A stretch of DNA of 64,000 bases from Spirochaetia bacterium (GTDB lineage Bacteria; Spirochaetota; Spirochaetia; UBA9216): assembly GCA_963677925.2 (NCBI GenBank), contig CAXXYH010000003.1:1920001-1984000 (forward strand), in the 5' to 3' direction. The position numbers and the translations under genes were made by a program. How positions within the stretch are numbered: position 1 is the first letter of the stretch; each line of letters begins with the position of its first letter. The notes beneath the pieces are model-generated. The model had not been told where the DNA came from. It saw only the letters and a list, made by a program, of their open reading frames with translations, and searched no databases. This document shows, piece after piece, positions 32,244 to 41,462 of the stretch.

Positions 32244-35106
32244 TTTCTCTGGGCTTGCTTCCGTTTGCCGGTCCTACGATTCCCCGGGCTTCCATTTCTT
32301 CCACAAGTCTTGCCGCACGGTTATATCCAATCTTCAGCCTCCGCTGCAGATAGCTTGCTGAGGCTTTTCCGGCTTCAACTACTATTGTCACAGCCGATTC
32401 CATCAGAGGATCCCCTGCTCCGGCATTTTCAAGCATGAATTCGGAACCGTCGTCCTCGGGAATGAAAATCTCATCGTCGATATACTCAGGCTCGCCCAGT
32501 GTCTTCACATGATCGGTTACCCGTTCAACCTCTTCCTCAGAGAGGAAGGACCCCTGAATACGCGAAGGATTCGGATCCCAGGCAGAGGTGAAGAGCATGT
32601 CACCCTTACCCAGCAGTTTGTCGGCACCGATTGTATCAAGAATAATTCTTGAGTCGGTCTTACTTGCAACCATAAATGCGATTCGGGATGGAATGTTCGC
32701 CTTTATTAGACCGGTGATTACATCTACTGATGGCCGCTGTGTAGCAAGAACAAGGTGAATACCGACAGCACGGCTCATTGCGGCAAGTCTTGAGATTACA
32801 TTCTCAAGCTCCTTTCCGGTTGTAGCCATAAGGTCTGCAAACTCATCTACTATGATAACTATATACGGCAAAGGCTCAGTGGTAAGCTTTGCGTTTACTA
32901 CCTTTCGGTTAAAAGACTTGATATCCCTTACTCCAAGCGAATCGAGAAGTGAATAACGCCTTTCCATCTCACAGATACAATACTGGAGGGCCTGAAAAGC
33001 CTTCTTCGGTTCAGTAATTACAGGAGTGAGCAGATGAGGTATATCATTATAAAGCTTAAGCTCAACGATCTTGGGGTCTATAAGTATGAGTTTTACCTCT
33101 TCAGGTTTTCTCGAATAAAGTATTGAGCATATCAATGAATTGACGGAAACTGATTTTCCGGAACCCGTCGCTCCTGCAATAAGCATGTGCGGAGTCTGAA
33201 CAAGATCTATAATTCTTGCGCCGCCGGTGATATCCTTTCCAAGAACTACCGGTATGGACATTTTGGACTTACGAAGGTCTTCCGCTTCAAGGATTTCCTT
33301 AAAAGTAACTATTGCCCTCCGCTTATTAGGCACCTCAATTCCTACTGCGTGTTTACCGGGAATGGGTGCAACAATTCGAACACGGGAAGCAGCAAGACGA
33401 AGCGCGATATTATCTGCCAGATTTACAATCTTCGACAGCTTCACTCCGGGAGCCGGGAGTATTTCAAACATAGTAATAACAGGTCCCTTGCTTATTCCGG
33501 TAACCTCTGCTGCGATTCTGAATTCCTTAAGGGTTTCCTTCAGAACCTCTGAAGCCGCCTTCGTATCCTCGTCAACAACCCAGTAGTTGTCATCTTCAGG
33601 ACTTTCAAGAAGTTCATCGATAGGAACTGAGTATTTCTTCCGCCTTGTCTTCTTACGTGCAGGAGCCGCCTTTACCTGTGGCTCAGAGACCGCTGTCTGT
33701 ACAGAGTCAGCAACAGCCGGACCGGAGGACTCAGCTCTCACTTCATCATCCTGCTCTATTTCATCAGTAACATCTTCAAGCTCAAAATCAATATCTATAG
33801 CATCATCGTTATCGTCTTCGTCATCTTCGTCATCTTCGTCTTCGATGTCTTCGTCTTCGATGTCTTCGTCTTCGTCTTCAAACTCTTCAAGTTCATCGAT
33901 TCCATCCAGTTCAGAAAGCATTTCATCTCTTTCCTCAACACCTTCTATCTCAAGTTCGATAACGCCTGAGCTGACTTCAAGCCGCGGATCAGTATCTTTG
34001 GAGTCAAAATCATATTCATCAAATTCATCCGTGTCCGGGATTTTCCTGGTTTCAGGCTCGTAGCTGTCTTCAATAAATCCAAGCATTTCCGCTTCTGCCC
34101 AGACAGCTTTTGCCGCCTGCTCAATTTCAGCCTCATCCCCTCTGAGCGGGATGTCAGGGTTGCTGCTGAGCTTTTCTTTATTATCACTTTCAGAAACAGC
34201 AGCAGTTTCATCAATACTGGCAAGTTCCGGATCAAGATCCAGAGGCTCTACACTTTCTGCAAAATCAGGGTGACTCAAAATATCATCATCGACAGGTATT
34301 TCATCTTCATCCTGAAGATCCCATTCGCCGCCGGCAACAGAGACGAAGGAAGAATCTTCTTCTGATTCCGAAGGTTCTTCCGCAGTTACATCAACAGCTA
34401 TGCCGGCTTCTTCTTCCTCAATTTCTGATTCTATCTCTGGCAGAACAAACTCTTCATCTGCCTCGGGTGATTCATATTCATTATCCGCCTCCGCTTCAAT
34501 TTCAGCTTCCGGCAGTACATATTCATCATCATAGTCCTCATCATCTTCAGATGCAGAAATCAGCTCTGCAATTTCATCGGCATCATTTTTCAATGATACA
34601 GGAGCTGTTTTCTTAACAGCAGCAGCGGCAGGATCCATTTTTGGAGCTTTTCTCCTGACAGCAGAACTTCTTTTGACAGGCCTGCCAAAGCTGAGGATGA
34701 GGATCATGGCAAGGATTTCTGCAAGAAACAGCAGCCCAAGGATTAGAGAACTCCCGCGGAGACCGAAATTAATCAGCATGTAATCTATTGCCGGTGCCGA
34801 AGCTGAATAATCAAGAACCCTGACAAGAAGAGCAAGAGTTAAAAAAGCAGGAATTGAGAAAATAAGAACTGCAAAGACTCTGGGCTTGAGGTAGTCAGCT
34901 GCAATCAGGACCGCACACATCATAAAATATACGGGCAGATACAAAGCGGTTATATTAAAACTTTTATAAAGAAACTCGCCGGTCAGATATGCACCGGGAA
35001 TGCCGACAGGTCTGGCCTGAACGGCTGAAAGTAAAGAGAATAACAGATACAGCCCCGCGGCAGTAATAATCAAAGCTGGCAACAATCTGAAGGCTTTATT
35101 CTTCAA
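32218..35106 (-). CDS. ftsK: DNA translocase FtsK with very long acidic linker
   Basis: 4 N-terminal TMs; Walker A IAGATGSGKS; LIDPK; IIVDEFADL; LATQRPS; gamma domain LQRRLKIGYNRAARLVEEME. Confidence 0.95.
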   Translation of the reverse strand: MKNKAFRLLPALIITAAGLYLLFSLLSAVQARPVGIPGAYLTGEFLYKSFNITALYLPVYFMMCAVLIAADYLKPRVFAVLIFSIPAFLTLALLVRVLDYSASAPAIDYMLINFGLRGSSLILGLLFLAEILAMILILSFGRPVKRSSAVRRKAPKMDPAAAAVKKTAPVSLKNDADEIAELISASEDDEDYDDEYVLPEAEIEAEADNEYESPEADEEFVLPEIESEIEEEEAGIAVDVTAEEPSESEEDSSFVSVAGGEWDLQDEDEIPVDDDILSHPDFAESVEPLDLDPELASIDETAAVSESDNKEKLSSNPDIPLRGDEAEIEQAAKAVWAEAEMLGFIEDSYEPETRKIPDTDEFDEYDFDSKDTDPRLEVSSGVIELEIEGVEERDEMLSELDGIDELEEFEDEDEDIEDEDIEDEDDEDDEDDNDDAIDIDFELEDVTDEIEQDDEVRAESSGPAVADSVQTAVSEPQVKAAPARKKTRRKKYSVPIDELLESPEDDNYWVVDEDTKAASEVLKETLKEFRIAAEVTGISKGPVITMFEILPAPGVKLSKIVNLADNIALRLAASRVRIVAPIPGKHAVGIEVPNKRRAIVTFKEILEAEDLRKSKMSIPVVLGKDITGGARIIDLVQTPHMLIAGATGSGKSVSVNSLICSILYSRKPEEVKLILIDPKIVELKLYNDIPHLLTPVITEPKKAFQALQYCICEMERRYSLLDSLGVRDIKSFNRKVVNAKLTTEPLPYIVIIVDEFADLMATTGKELENVISRLAAMSRAVGIHLVLATQRPSVDVITGLIKANIPSRIAFMVASKTDSRIILDTIGADKLLGKGDMLFTSAWDPNPSRIQGSFLSEEEVERVTDHVKTLGEPEYIDDEIFIPEDDGSEFMLENAGAGDPLMESAVTIVVEAGKASASYLQRRLKIGYNRAARLVEEMEARGIVGPANGSKPREIIHIPDRV
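33812..33880. repeat. Compound 6/9/15-bp tandem repeat in the ftsK linker
   Basis: Arrays of TCTTCG, TCTTCGTCA and TCTTCGTCTTCGATG encoding EDEDEDIEDEDIEDEDDEDDEDD. Confidence 0.8.
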
Positions 35107-35190
35107 AACATACTCCTCATCAGTAGATTATCGGATAATCCTCACCGGATTCTGAGTATAAATTAAGGATAGCAGGCGAATTGCCTTAAG

Positions 35191-35988
35191 CTATAGCAGG
35201 AAAAAGCTGATTACTGCAAAGGGGATAAGATAGAAGCTGAAATAATGCAGTTTATCCTTTTTAATGACAGAAAGCAGAAAAAGCACTGACAGGTAGCCTA
35301 CAATAAAAGCGGAAAGCCATCCTGCAATTATAGCACCAGCAGAAACATCACCTGTAAGCTCGCCGAAATCTTTAAGTTCCAAAAGCAGAGCCCCGCCGAT
35401 TGCGGGTATGGAGAGAATGAAAGAATATTCTGCTGCCTTTTCCCTGCTTATACCCGAAAAAAGAGATGCGGCTATGGTCATACCTGAGCGGGAGATGCCG
35501 GGGAATACGGCAATACCCTGGGCAATGCCTGTGATAACGGCTGTTTTAGGCCCTATTTTATCATAGCCGTGGCCCTCAGTTTTAATAAGCCTTGTGAGAA
35601 TCAGTATTAAAGCGGTAAAAAGAAAGAGTACAGACACAATTTTGGGCTTATCAGCAAAGCCCAGACCTTCAATAAAAAAACCCAGCGCCGCTGTAAAAAC
35701 ACTTGCACCAAGAACAACCAGAACGAGCCTGAGGTTTACAGTATCCTCAGGCCTTTTTTTCCCGGTTATCAGGCGAAACAGCGAAACCAGAATTTCACCG
35801 ATTACCTTTCTGAATACTATAATAACAACTGCAAGCGTAGCGGTGTGCAGGATAATGTCAAAAAGAACAGGGACATCTCCCAGACTCATAAAATTCCTGA
35901 AAACAACCAGATGGCCAGAACTTGATACAGGCAGAAATTCGGCAATGCCCTGAAGGGCTCCAAGCAGTATAGATTGCAGTATGGTCAT
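35191..35988 (-). CDS. uppP: Undecaprenyl-diphosphate phosphatase
   Basis: LQGIAEFLPVSSSGH, PGISRSG, AAEYSFILSIP. Confidence 0.95.
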   Translation of the reverse strand: MTILQSILLGALQGIAEFLPVSSSGHLVVFRNFMSLGDVPVLFDIILHTATLAVVIIVFRKVIGEILVSLFRLITGKKRPEDTVNLRLVLVVLGASVFTAALGFFIEGLGFADKPKIVSVLFLFTALILILTRLIKTEGHGYDKIGPKTAVITGIAQGIAVFPGISRSGMTIAASLFSGISREKAAEYSFILSIPAIGGALLLELKDFGELTGDVSAGAIIAGWLSAFIVGYLSVLFLLSVIKKDKLHYFSFYLIPFAVISFFLL

Positions 35989-35999
35989 AGGTACTCCAG

Positions 36000-38099
36000 T
36001 TAAATCTCAGTATCATCCGCAGATGCAGTCAGAAAAGGAAAAAACAATTCTCTCACCGCCAGAGGCGTGTTTTTAAAATAGAGCATTCCATAAACTGCAG
36101 ATGCAGTCAATACTCTCTTTCCGTAATCATGGGTTTCAAGCACAGGCACAGCCTCGAACAGCAGATCATAGGGCAGTCCGTACAGATTTTGCTCCCATCG
36201 TTTAACCCTTCCGGGACCTCCGTTATAGGATATCACAGCTGCCGGAATATTTCCGACGTAGCCGATTAACCAGTTGAAATACCAGGATCCGAAAAACAGG
36301 TTGTCCTCGGGATTGTATAAATCATAATCATAGACGCCTGTCCGCCAGGCCATTTCCTCTGCAGTTGACGGCATGAGCTGGCATAGACCTATAGCGCCGG
36401 AACGCGACACAATGTCCGAATCAAAGCCGCTTTCCTTCCAGACCAGACCTGACAGAACTTCAGCAGGGATCATCTGCTGCTCTGCAGCCCTCCTTATTTC
36501 ACGGCTGTAAGCCTCCGGATAAAGCCGTTTAAGTCCTTCAACAGTAAGTTCTCCGGGATACTGATACATTAGTCTGATTGACTCAAGATACAGCTCTGCC
36601 CCGCAAAAGCTGTCGGCAGCATAAATGAACAGTTTTTCGGATAATATATTTCTGTACTTCCTGACAGCCTCTGCAGCCCGATCATAGAGCCGGAATTCAA
36701 TATACCCTATGATGAAAGCCTCAGTATCACTGTACAGTAGAGGAGATGGATCTGTGTCCTGAGGAATTTCCGGAAGATTTCCCGTTCCAAGAAGGCTATA
36801 GTACGAACTTGAATATTCAGTTGAAAAAACATAGGGTTCAATCCAGCCCATATCTGCTGCTCTTTCCGATATATAACGGCAGCGGTCATATATCTCTGCC
36901 GGACCGGAGTGTTCAAAGATCTTCGCAAGATCCTGCAGAAGCTGCCATCTGCGGGCTGTTGTGAGCTCGGTGACAAGCCGCTCAAGCACATCCGAGTAGT
37001 AATCAGGATCATCCCACTCCGCAGCGTATTCAGACATCTCTGCAGCCGCAGCGGCTGGATCCCGTCTGATTTTCAGATCCATATAATACCATAGGCGCCT
37101 GGAATCTTTAAAAAGAGAACCGTCTTCTGCGGATGCTGAAAGAAATGAAAGCGCATCTGAATAATAACCGGCTCTTCTTGAGAGCCGCGCAGCGGTAAAA
37201 TAATACTCACGGCTTTTATCCGGATCGGAATCCTCCAGACTCTCTGCTGCATCCCTGAAAACAAGCCGACCGCTCACTGCCCTGCCGTTCATGATATAAC
37301 AGCTTTCAAGCTCCTTATCCAGAGCAGTCAGAGAACCGGAGGCAAACGGTATACCGGGATTTTCATGAAAAGCCTTTTCCAGCCGCACCAGAGCCTCCCG
37401 GTATTCGCCTTTGGCATATAAATAACGGCCGGTGAATAGAGCCTCCATTCCGGGAAAATATTCCAGAGGAGACTCCTCCTTCTGCAGAAGGTAGTCCCAG
37501 GCTCTCGATATCAATGAAGAATCTGAAACTTCCATAAAAAGGCTGACCCAGCTCTTACTCCATCCGGAGGCTGAGAGCCTGTATGCTGTAACAGCCTGAA
37601 AAAGCTTCAGTTCCTCATCACTGCCGTACTCAGAAAAACCGGAAAGCGAATCAACAGCGGCTTCTACCTCTGAATCACTTCGTGACCAGTAGATAGTTTC
37701 AGCAGCCTGCCGCCTTATTTCATAAGAATCGGGGAATTCCCCGCTTGCAATCGAGGAATAGAACAGGGCGTCCTTCCAGTTTTCAGCTGCTGTATCAGCT
37801 TTGAGAGTTAAAAGAGCCGCCTGCTCCCGGATAAACCCGACCCCTTCATACCAGGCATGCCTGGCAAGCATCGATGAAATCCGGTATTCTCCGTTATCAA
37901 ATAAACGGCAGGCAAGATAGTAAGCCCCCCGGGGATCGGTCGCTGCGATCTGGTCTTCACTTATCTCAAGAGCTCCGACAGTACCATCTTCAACGGCCGA
38001 CCTGATTACTTCTTCATCATATGCGGCCAGTTCTTCATAACTGCATGAGCTGAATAATAATAAACTAAGGAGGAGAGACAGGGTAAAAATCTTATACAT
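36000..38099 (-). CDS. Lipoprotein with TPR-like helical region and C-terminal SLT lytic transglycosylase domain
   Basis: Lipobox LFSS-C; SLT motifs KESGF, GAIGLCQLMPSTA, SYNGGPG, ETHDY. Confidence 0.9.
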   Translation of the reverse strand: MYKIFTLSLLLSLLLFSSCSYEELAAYDEEVIRSAVEDGTVGALEISEDQIAATDPRGAYYLACRLFDNGEYRISSMLARHAWYEGVGFIREQAALLTLKADTAAENWKDALFYSSIASGEFPDSYEIRRQAAETIYWSRSDSEVEAAVDSLSGFSEYGSDEELKLFQAVTAYRLSASGWSKSWVSLFMEVSDSSLISRAWDYLLQKEESPLEYFPGMEALFTGRYLYAKGEYREALVRLEKAFHENPGIPFASGSLTALDKELESCYIMNGRAVSGRLVFRDAAESLEDSDPDKSREYYFTAARLSRRAGYYSDALSFLSASAEDGSLFKDSRRLWYYMDLKIRRDPAAAAAEMSEYAAEWDDPDYYSDVLERLVTELTTARRWQLLQDLAKIFEHSGPAEIYDRCRYISERAADMGWIEPYVFSTEYSSSYYSLLGTGNLPEIPQDTDPSPLLYSDTEAFIIGYIEFRLYDRAAEAVRKYRNILSEKLFIYAADSFCGAELYLESIRLMYQYPGELTVEGLKRLYPEAYSREIRRAAEQQMIPAEVLSGLVWKESGFDSDIVSRSGAIGLCQLMPSTAEEMAWRTGVYDYDLYNPEDNLFFGSWYFNWLIGYVGNIPAAVISYNGGPGRVKRWEQNLYGLPYDLLFEAVPVLETHDYGKRVLTASAVYGMLYFKNTPLAVRELFFPFLTASADDTEI

Positions 38100-38116
38100 T
38101 ACAGAGAGAGTATAGC

Positions 38117-39382
38117 TCAGTTCTCCGGAATAAAAATATCTGTTCCAGCGTAAATCAAATCAGGATTTTTAATTCTGTTTGTTTCCGCGATTATCCCATA
38201 GAGCCAGGGGGTTCTGTAGAAGGATATTGAAAGGTTCCAGAGATTATCTCCCCATTTGAGCCTGTACCATACACCGCCGCCGCTTCCGACCGGGGGAACT
38301 CCGTCGGAAGAAGTCCTTTTTGCTGTAGAGGGAGCAGTGTCCTGCACAACAGTTTTCTCAGGCTCCGGTGCTTTTTCCGCTGCGGGAACCTTCGGCTCTT
38401 CTTTTACAACAATTTCAGGCTCTGTTTTTTCGGGTTCGGTATATGCAGGTTCTGCAGCTTCAGGTTTTTCCGCTTCTGCAGTCTTATCTGTCTCCTGTAC
38501 AGTCTGTTCTGTGCCGGCTTCCAGGGGCGGAACGGCCTCACCCCCGGAATTTCTGAGGAAGAGAAAGGCTCCTATCCCAAGAATAAGCAGGATAAGTATT
38601 ATCACAATAAGAAGAACGGGGGATTTTTTCTCCTTTACAGGTGCAGAGTCTTCTTCAGTTTCATCTTCTTCACTGCTGTAATAGTCATCAGGAAAGCCTT
38701 CATACTGAAAGGGCTTATCTTCTTCGTCTTCGGGCTCATCGCTTTCGAATGTATCAGAATCAGGTTCTTCAGTATCAAAAGATCCTGCACTTAATGCATC
38801 GGCATCATCATCAAAAGAAAAATCATCATCAAAATCCGTATCTGCTTCGGTATCGAAACCGGAATCAAAGTCTTCTGAGAGAGGTTCCTCAGAATCGCTT
38901 CCGAAAACATCTTCATCAAGTCCGGATGTGTCCAGTTCATCGTCATCAAAGCTGAAATCAATAGAATCTTCTTCTTCAGGCTCCGGGATATCGCCGAACA
39001 TGGAATCTTCATCAATTTCAAAATCCGGAGTCGTGAAATCCTTTTCTTCAAGAGATTTCAGGCTGACACTGAGACTCTGTCTGTCTCCTGTAGCCATGTC
39101 CCCGGCCTGAGCATTCAGGTTGCCTTCATCATCTACACCGACAATAAGCTCAATTGACGGCTCTTTCTTTGCTGAAGGTTTGATATCTTCAATAACCAGG
39201 CTGCCGACATACTTAGCATCAGTAAGCGCCTCGCCCTCACCTTCGTATAAATCAATCTGAACACTTTCCTGGTCATCATTAACAGTAGTAAGTATCAGCT
39301 TCTTTTTTTTACTGTCTGAACGTCCCATAACAGGATAATATGTTCCGTCAGCAATTTTTATTCCTATAGTAGATTCTTCCAT
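38117..39382 (-). CDS. Single-pass membrane protein: Hsp70 peptide-binding-like domain, acidic linker, TM, C-terminal LysM
   Basis: N-terminus resembles DnaK SBD-beta (TTVNDDQESVQIDLYEGE, EPSIELIVGVDDEGNL); one TM; LysM YRLKWGDNLWNLS...NRIKNPDLIYAGTDIFIP. Confidence 0.8.
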   Translation of the reverse strand: MEESTIGIKIADGTYYPVMGRSDSKKKKLILTTVNDDQESVQIDLYEGEGEALTDAKYVGSLVIEDIKPSAKKEPSIELIVGVDDEGNLNAQAGDMATGDRQSLSVSLKSLEEKDFTTPDFEIDEDSMFGDIPEPEEEDSIDFSFDDDELDTSGLDEDVFGSDSEEPLSEDFDSGFDTEADTDFDDDFSFDDDADALSAGSFDTEEPDSDTFESDEPEDEEDKPFQYEGFPDDYYSSEEDETEEDSAPVKEKKSPVLLIVIILILLILGIGAFLFLRNSGGEAVPPLEAGTEQTVQETDKTAEAEKPEAAEPAYTEPEKTEPEIVVKEEPKVPAAEKAPEPEKTVVQDTAPSTAKRTSSDGVPPVGSGGGVWYRLKWGDNLWNLSISFYRTPWLYGIIAETNRIKNPDLIYAGTDIFIPEN

Positions 39383-39478
39383 AAATGAATACCTCTATTA
39401 AGCGTATGATCCGCCTATTTGTTTGTCAATAATTTTTATCTAACTTGACATTTACATTATCAAACACAATAATAAACC

Positions 39479-40849
39479 ATGCTTGGTCTTGAATCGTATG
39501 TAATCATACCGCTCATGGTTTCAGTCGCTGCTATTATTATCGTCCTCTTAGCCATAAAAGGTAGAAAGAATTCTAAATCATATTCAAAACTTCAAAAAGG
39601 CAAGGCGAATGACCGTTCAGCGGTTATGAAGGAAGCCCAGAGAAGACTTTCGTCAAACCCCAAAGATCCCGCAGCGCTGGTTTATCTTGCAGAAATGTAC
39701 TACAACGATAAAAACTGGGATAAGGCCTTTAAACTTTATGATGTTCTGCTTGAACTCTGTGCCACGGACAAGGAACTCGACGAGTTTTCAATTACCTTGA
39801 AGCACGCCGTCTGTGCTCTGAACACAAAGCAGTACAAGGTTGCGTACAAGGGCTTCATGCTTGCCAGGACTGTGAATTCAGATGTCTTTATTATCAATTA
39901 CAACCTTGGGTATCTCGAATACATGAGAAAGAACTATGAAAAGGCTGTAGGGTTTCTTAACCAGGCAAAGACACAGAAGGCTGATGATCTAAATACATAC
40001 AAATATCTGGGCTTAAGTCTTTTTAAGATGAATAAATATACGGACGCCTCAGAAGTCCTCAAAAAAACAATAGAGATGGACCCGGAAAACAAGGAACTGG
40101 TTTTTTCACTCGGAGAATGTTATTACAATCTGGGCCAGTCTGATGCAGCCCTGCGGGTTTTCGGTTCAATAAGAACGGATCCAAAGTACGGAGCGCACGC
40201 ATGTATATACGCCGGTACCATATCTTTGAAATTCAGGAATTATGACCAGGCGGCGATGTATTTTGAGCTTGGGCTGAAAAATCCAAGCGTTAAACCCGAG
40301 GTTGTCATGGAATTGCGGTACAGGCTTGCAAACTGCTATATCAAGGCTTCCAAGATTTCTTCAGCCATCATACCTCTGCAGCAGATATATGAAGCTAACC
40401 CTAATTATAAGGATACGGCGGCTCTGCTTAAAAACTACGGTGAACTCAACCAGAACTCCAATCTGCAGCTTTTTCTAATAGGCCCGATGCCGCAGTTTGT
40501 AAGTATGTGCAGAAAACTCACATCCGAGTTCTTTCCAAAAACCAAAATCAAGGTAATGGAGATCTCAAAACAGCAGAATGACTATGTAGACATGCTTGTT
40601 GAGGTAGTAGCTCCAAAATGGGAAGACATTGTTCTGTTCAGAATGGTTCGGTCATCCGGACAGACAGGAGAACTGATAGTCAGGGATCTTTACGGGAAAA
40701 TCAAGGAAACAAGGGCAGGAAGAGGAATATGTATTTCGGCCGGATATTTTACCGATGGAGCCAAGAACTTTGTCGAAGCAAGGCTGATCGACCTCATCGA
40801 AAAGGAAGCTCTTGTTAAAAAGATGGAAAGAATTACTGTTTCGGTTTAA
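39479..40849 (+). CDS. Membrane-anchored TPR protein with C-terminal Mrr-like restriction-endonuclease-fold domain
   Basis: N-terminal TM; multiple TPRs (YNLGYLEY, YKYLGLSL, FSLGECYY); C-terminus VRDLYG...GICISAGYFTDGAKNF...IDLIE resembles Mrr_cat. Confidence 0.8.
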   Translation: MLGLESYVIIPLMVSVAAIIIVLLAIKGRKNSKSYSKLQKGKANDRSAVMKEAQRRLSSNPKDPAALVYLAEMYYNDKNWDKAFKLYDVLLELCATDKELDEFSITLKHAVCALNTKQYKVAYKGFMLARTVNSDVFIINYNLGYLEYMRKNYEKAVGFLNQAKTQKADDLNTYKYLGLSLFKMNKYTDASEVLKKTIEMDPENKELVFSLGECYYNLGQSDAALRVFGSIRTDPKYGAHACIYAGTISLKFRNYDQAAMYFELGLKNPSVKPEVVMELRYRLANCYIKASKISSAIIPLQQIYEANPNYKDTAALLKNYGELNQNSNLQLFLIGPMPQFVSMCRKLTSEFFPKTKIKVMEISKQQNDYVDMLVEVVAPKWEDIVLFRMVRSSGQTGELIVRDLYGKIKETRAGRGICISAGYFTDGAKNFVEARLIDLIEKEALVKKMERITVSV

Positions 40850-41462
40850 TTACTAGAAGATTACGCTCTTCATCCAGAAAGGGGACATCCAGACTAGTAA
40901 CAGAGAAGCCGTCGGTTAAACTGCAGCGCTTCAGATCCGCCTGAACTGAATCCATTCTGCCCTTATATGCGGCAATTATCCCCCCGGGCCTTGTAATCCG
41001 CTGCAGTTCGCCGTAATACTCCGAAAAATCCCTGAAAGCCCTCAATACCGTAAGGTCAAAAACATCATGAACATCTTCAATATTGCTCTCTACAATCTCA
41101 ACACGATCAACCAGGCCCAGAACAGCAGCTGTACTTCGAAGAAAACCGGCTTTTTTACCTGAGCGCTCAATAAGAGAAAAGCTATATTCCGGCAGCATTA
41201 CAGCCAGGGGAATACCAGGAAATCCTCCTCCGGAGCCGACATCTGCTACTCTTTCAGCCTGAATATTCTTCAGAATATTCAGCGGGGCAAGAGAATCAAG
41301 CAGGTGCCTGATTACCAGCTTGTCTCTTTCCGAATCGGATACCAGATTCATTTTGCGGTTCCAGAGTTCTATTTCAGCAATATACGCCTCAAGCTGTCCA
41401 TGCTGCCGTGAGCTGAATTCTATACCGAGCCTGTTAAGCCCCTGTCCCAGCAGACTATTCAT
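40833..41462 (-). CDS. rsmG: 16S rRNA m7G527 methyltransferase
   Basis: [30 protein letters not shown]; downstream of mnmG. Confidence 0.95.
   Translation of the reverse strand: MNSLLGQGLNRLGIEFSSRQHGQLEAYIAEIELWNRKMNLVSDSERDKLVIRHLLDSLAPLNILKNIQAERVADVGSGGGFPGIPLAVMLPEYSFSLIERSGKKAGFLRSTAAVLGLVDRVEIVESNIEDVHDVFDLTVLRAFRDFSEYYGELQRITRPGGIIAAYKGRMDSVQADLKRCSLTDGFSVTSLDVPFLDEERNLLVIKPKQ

Noticed and set aside
33812-33880. CRISPR-like or mobile repeat
   Set aside because: Short in-frame coding repeats with no spacers; no cas, transposase or integrase anywhere in the window.
40500-40849. Active type IV restriction/defence system
   Set aside because: Catalytic motif degenerate, membrane-TPR fusion in a housekeeping context, no other defence genes.
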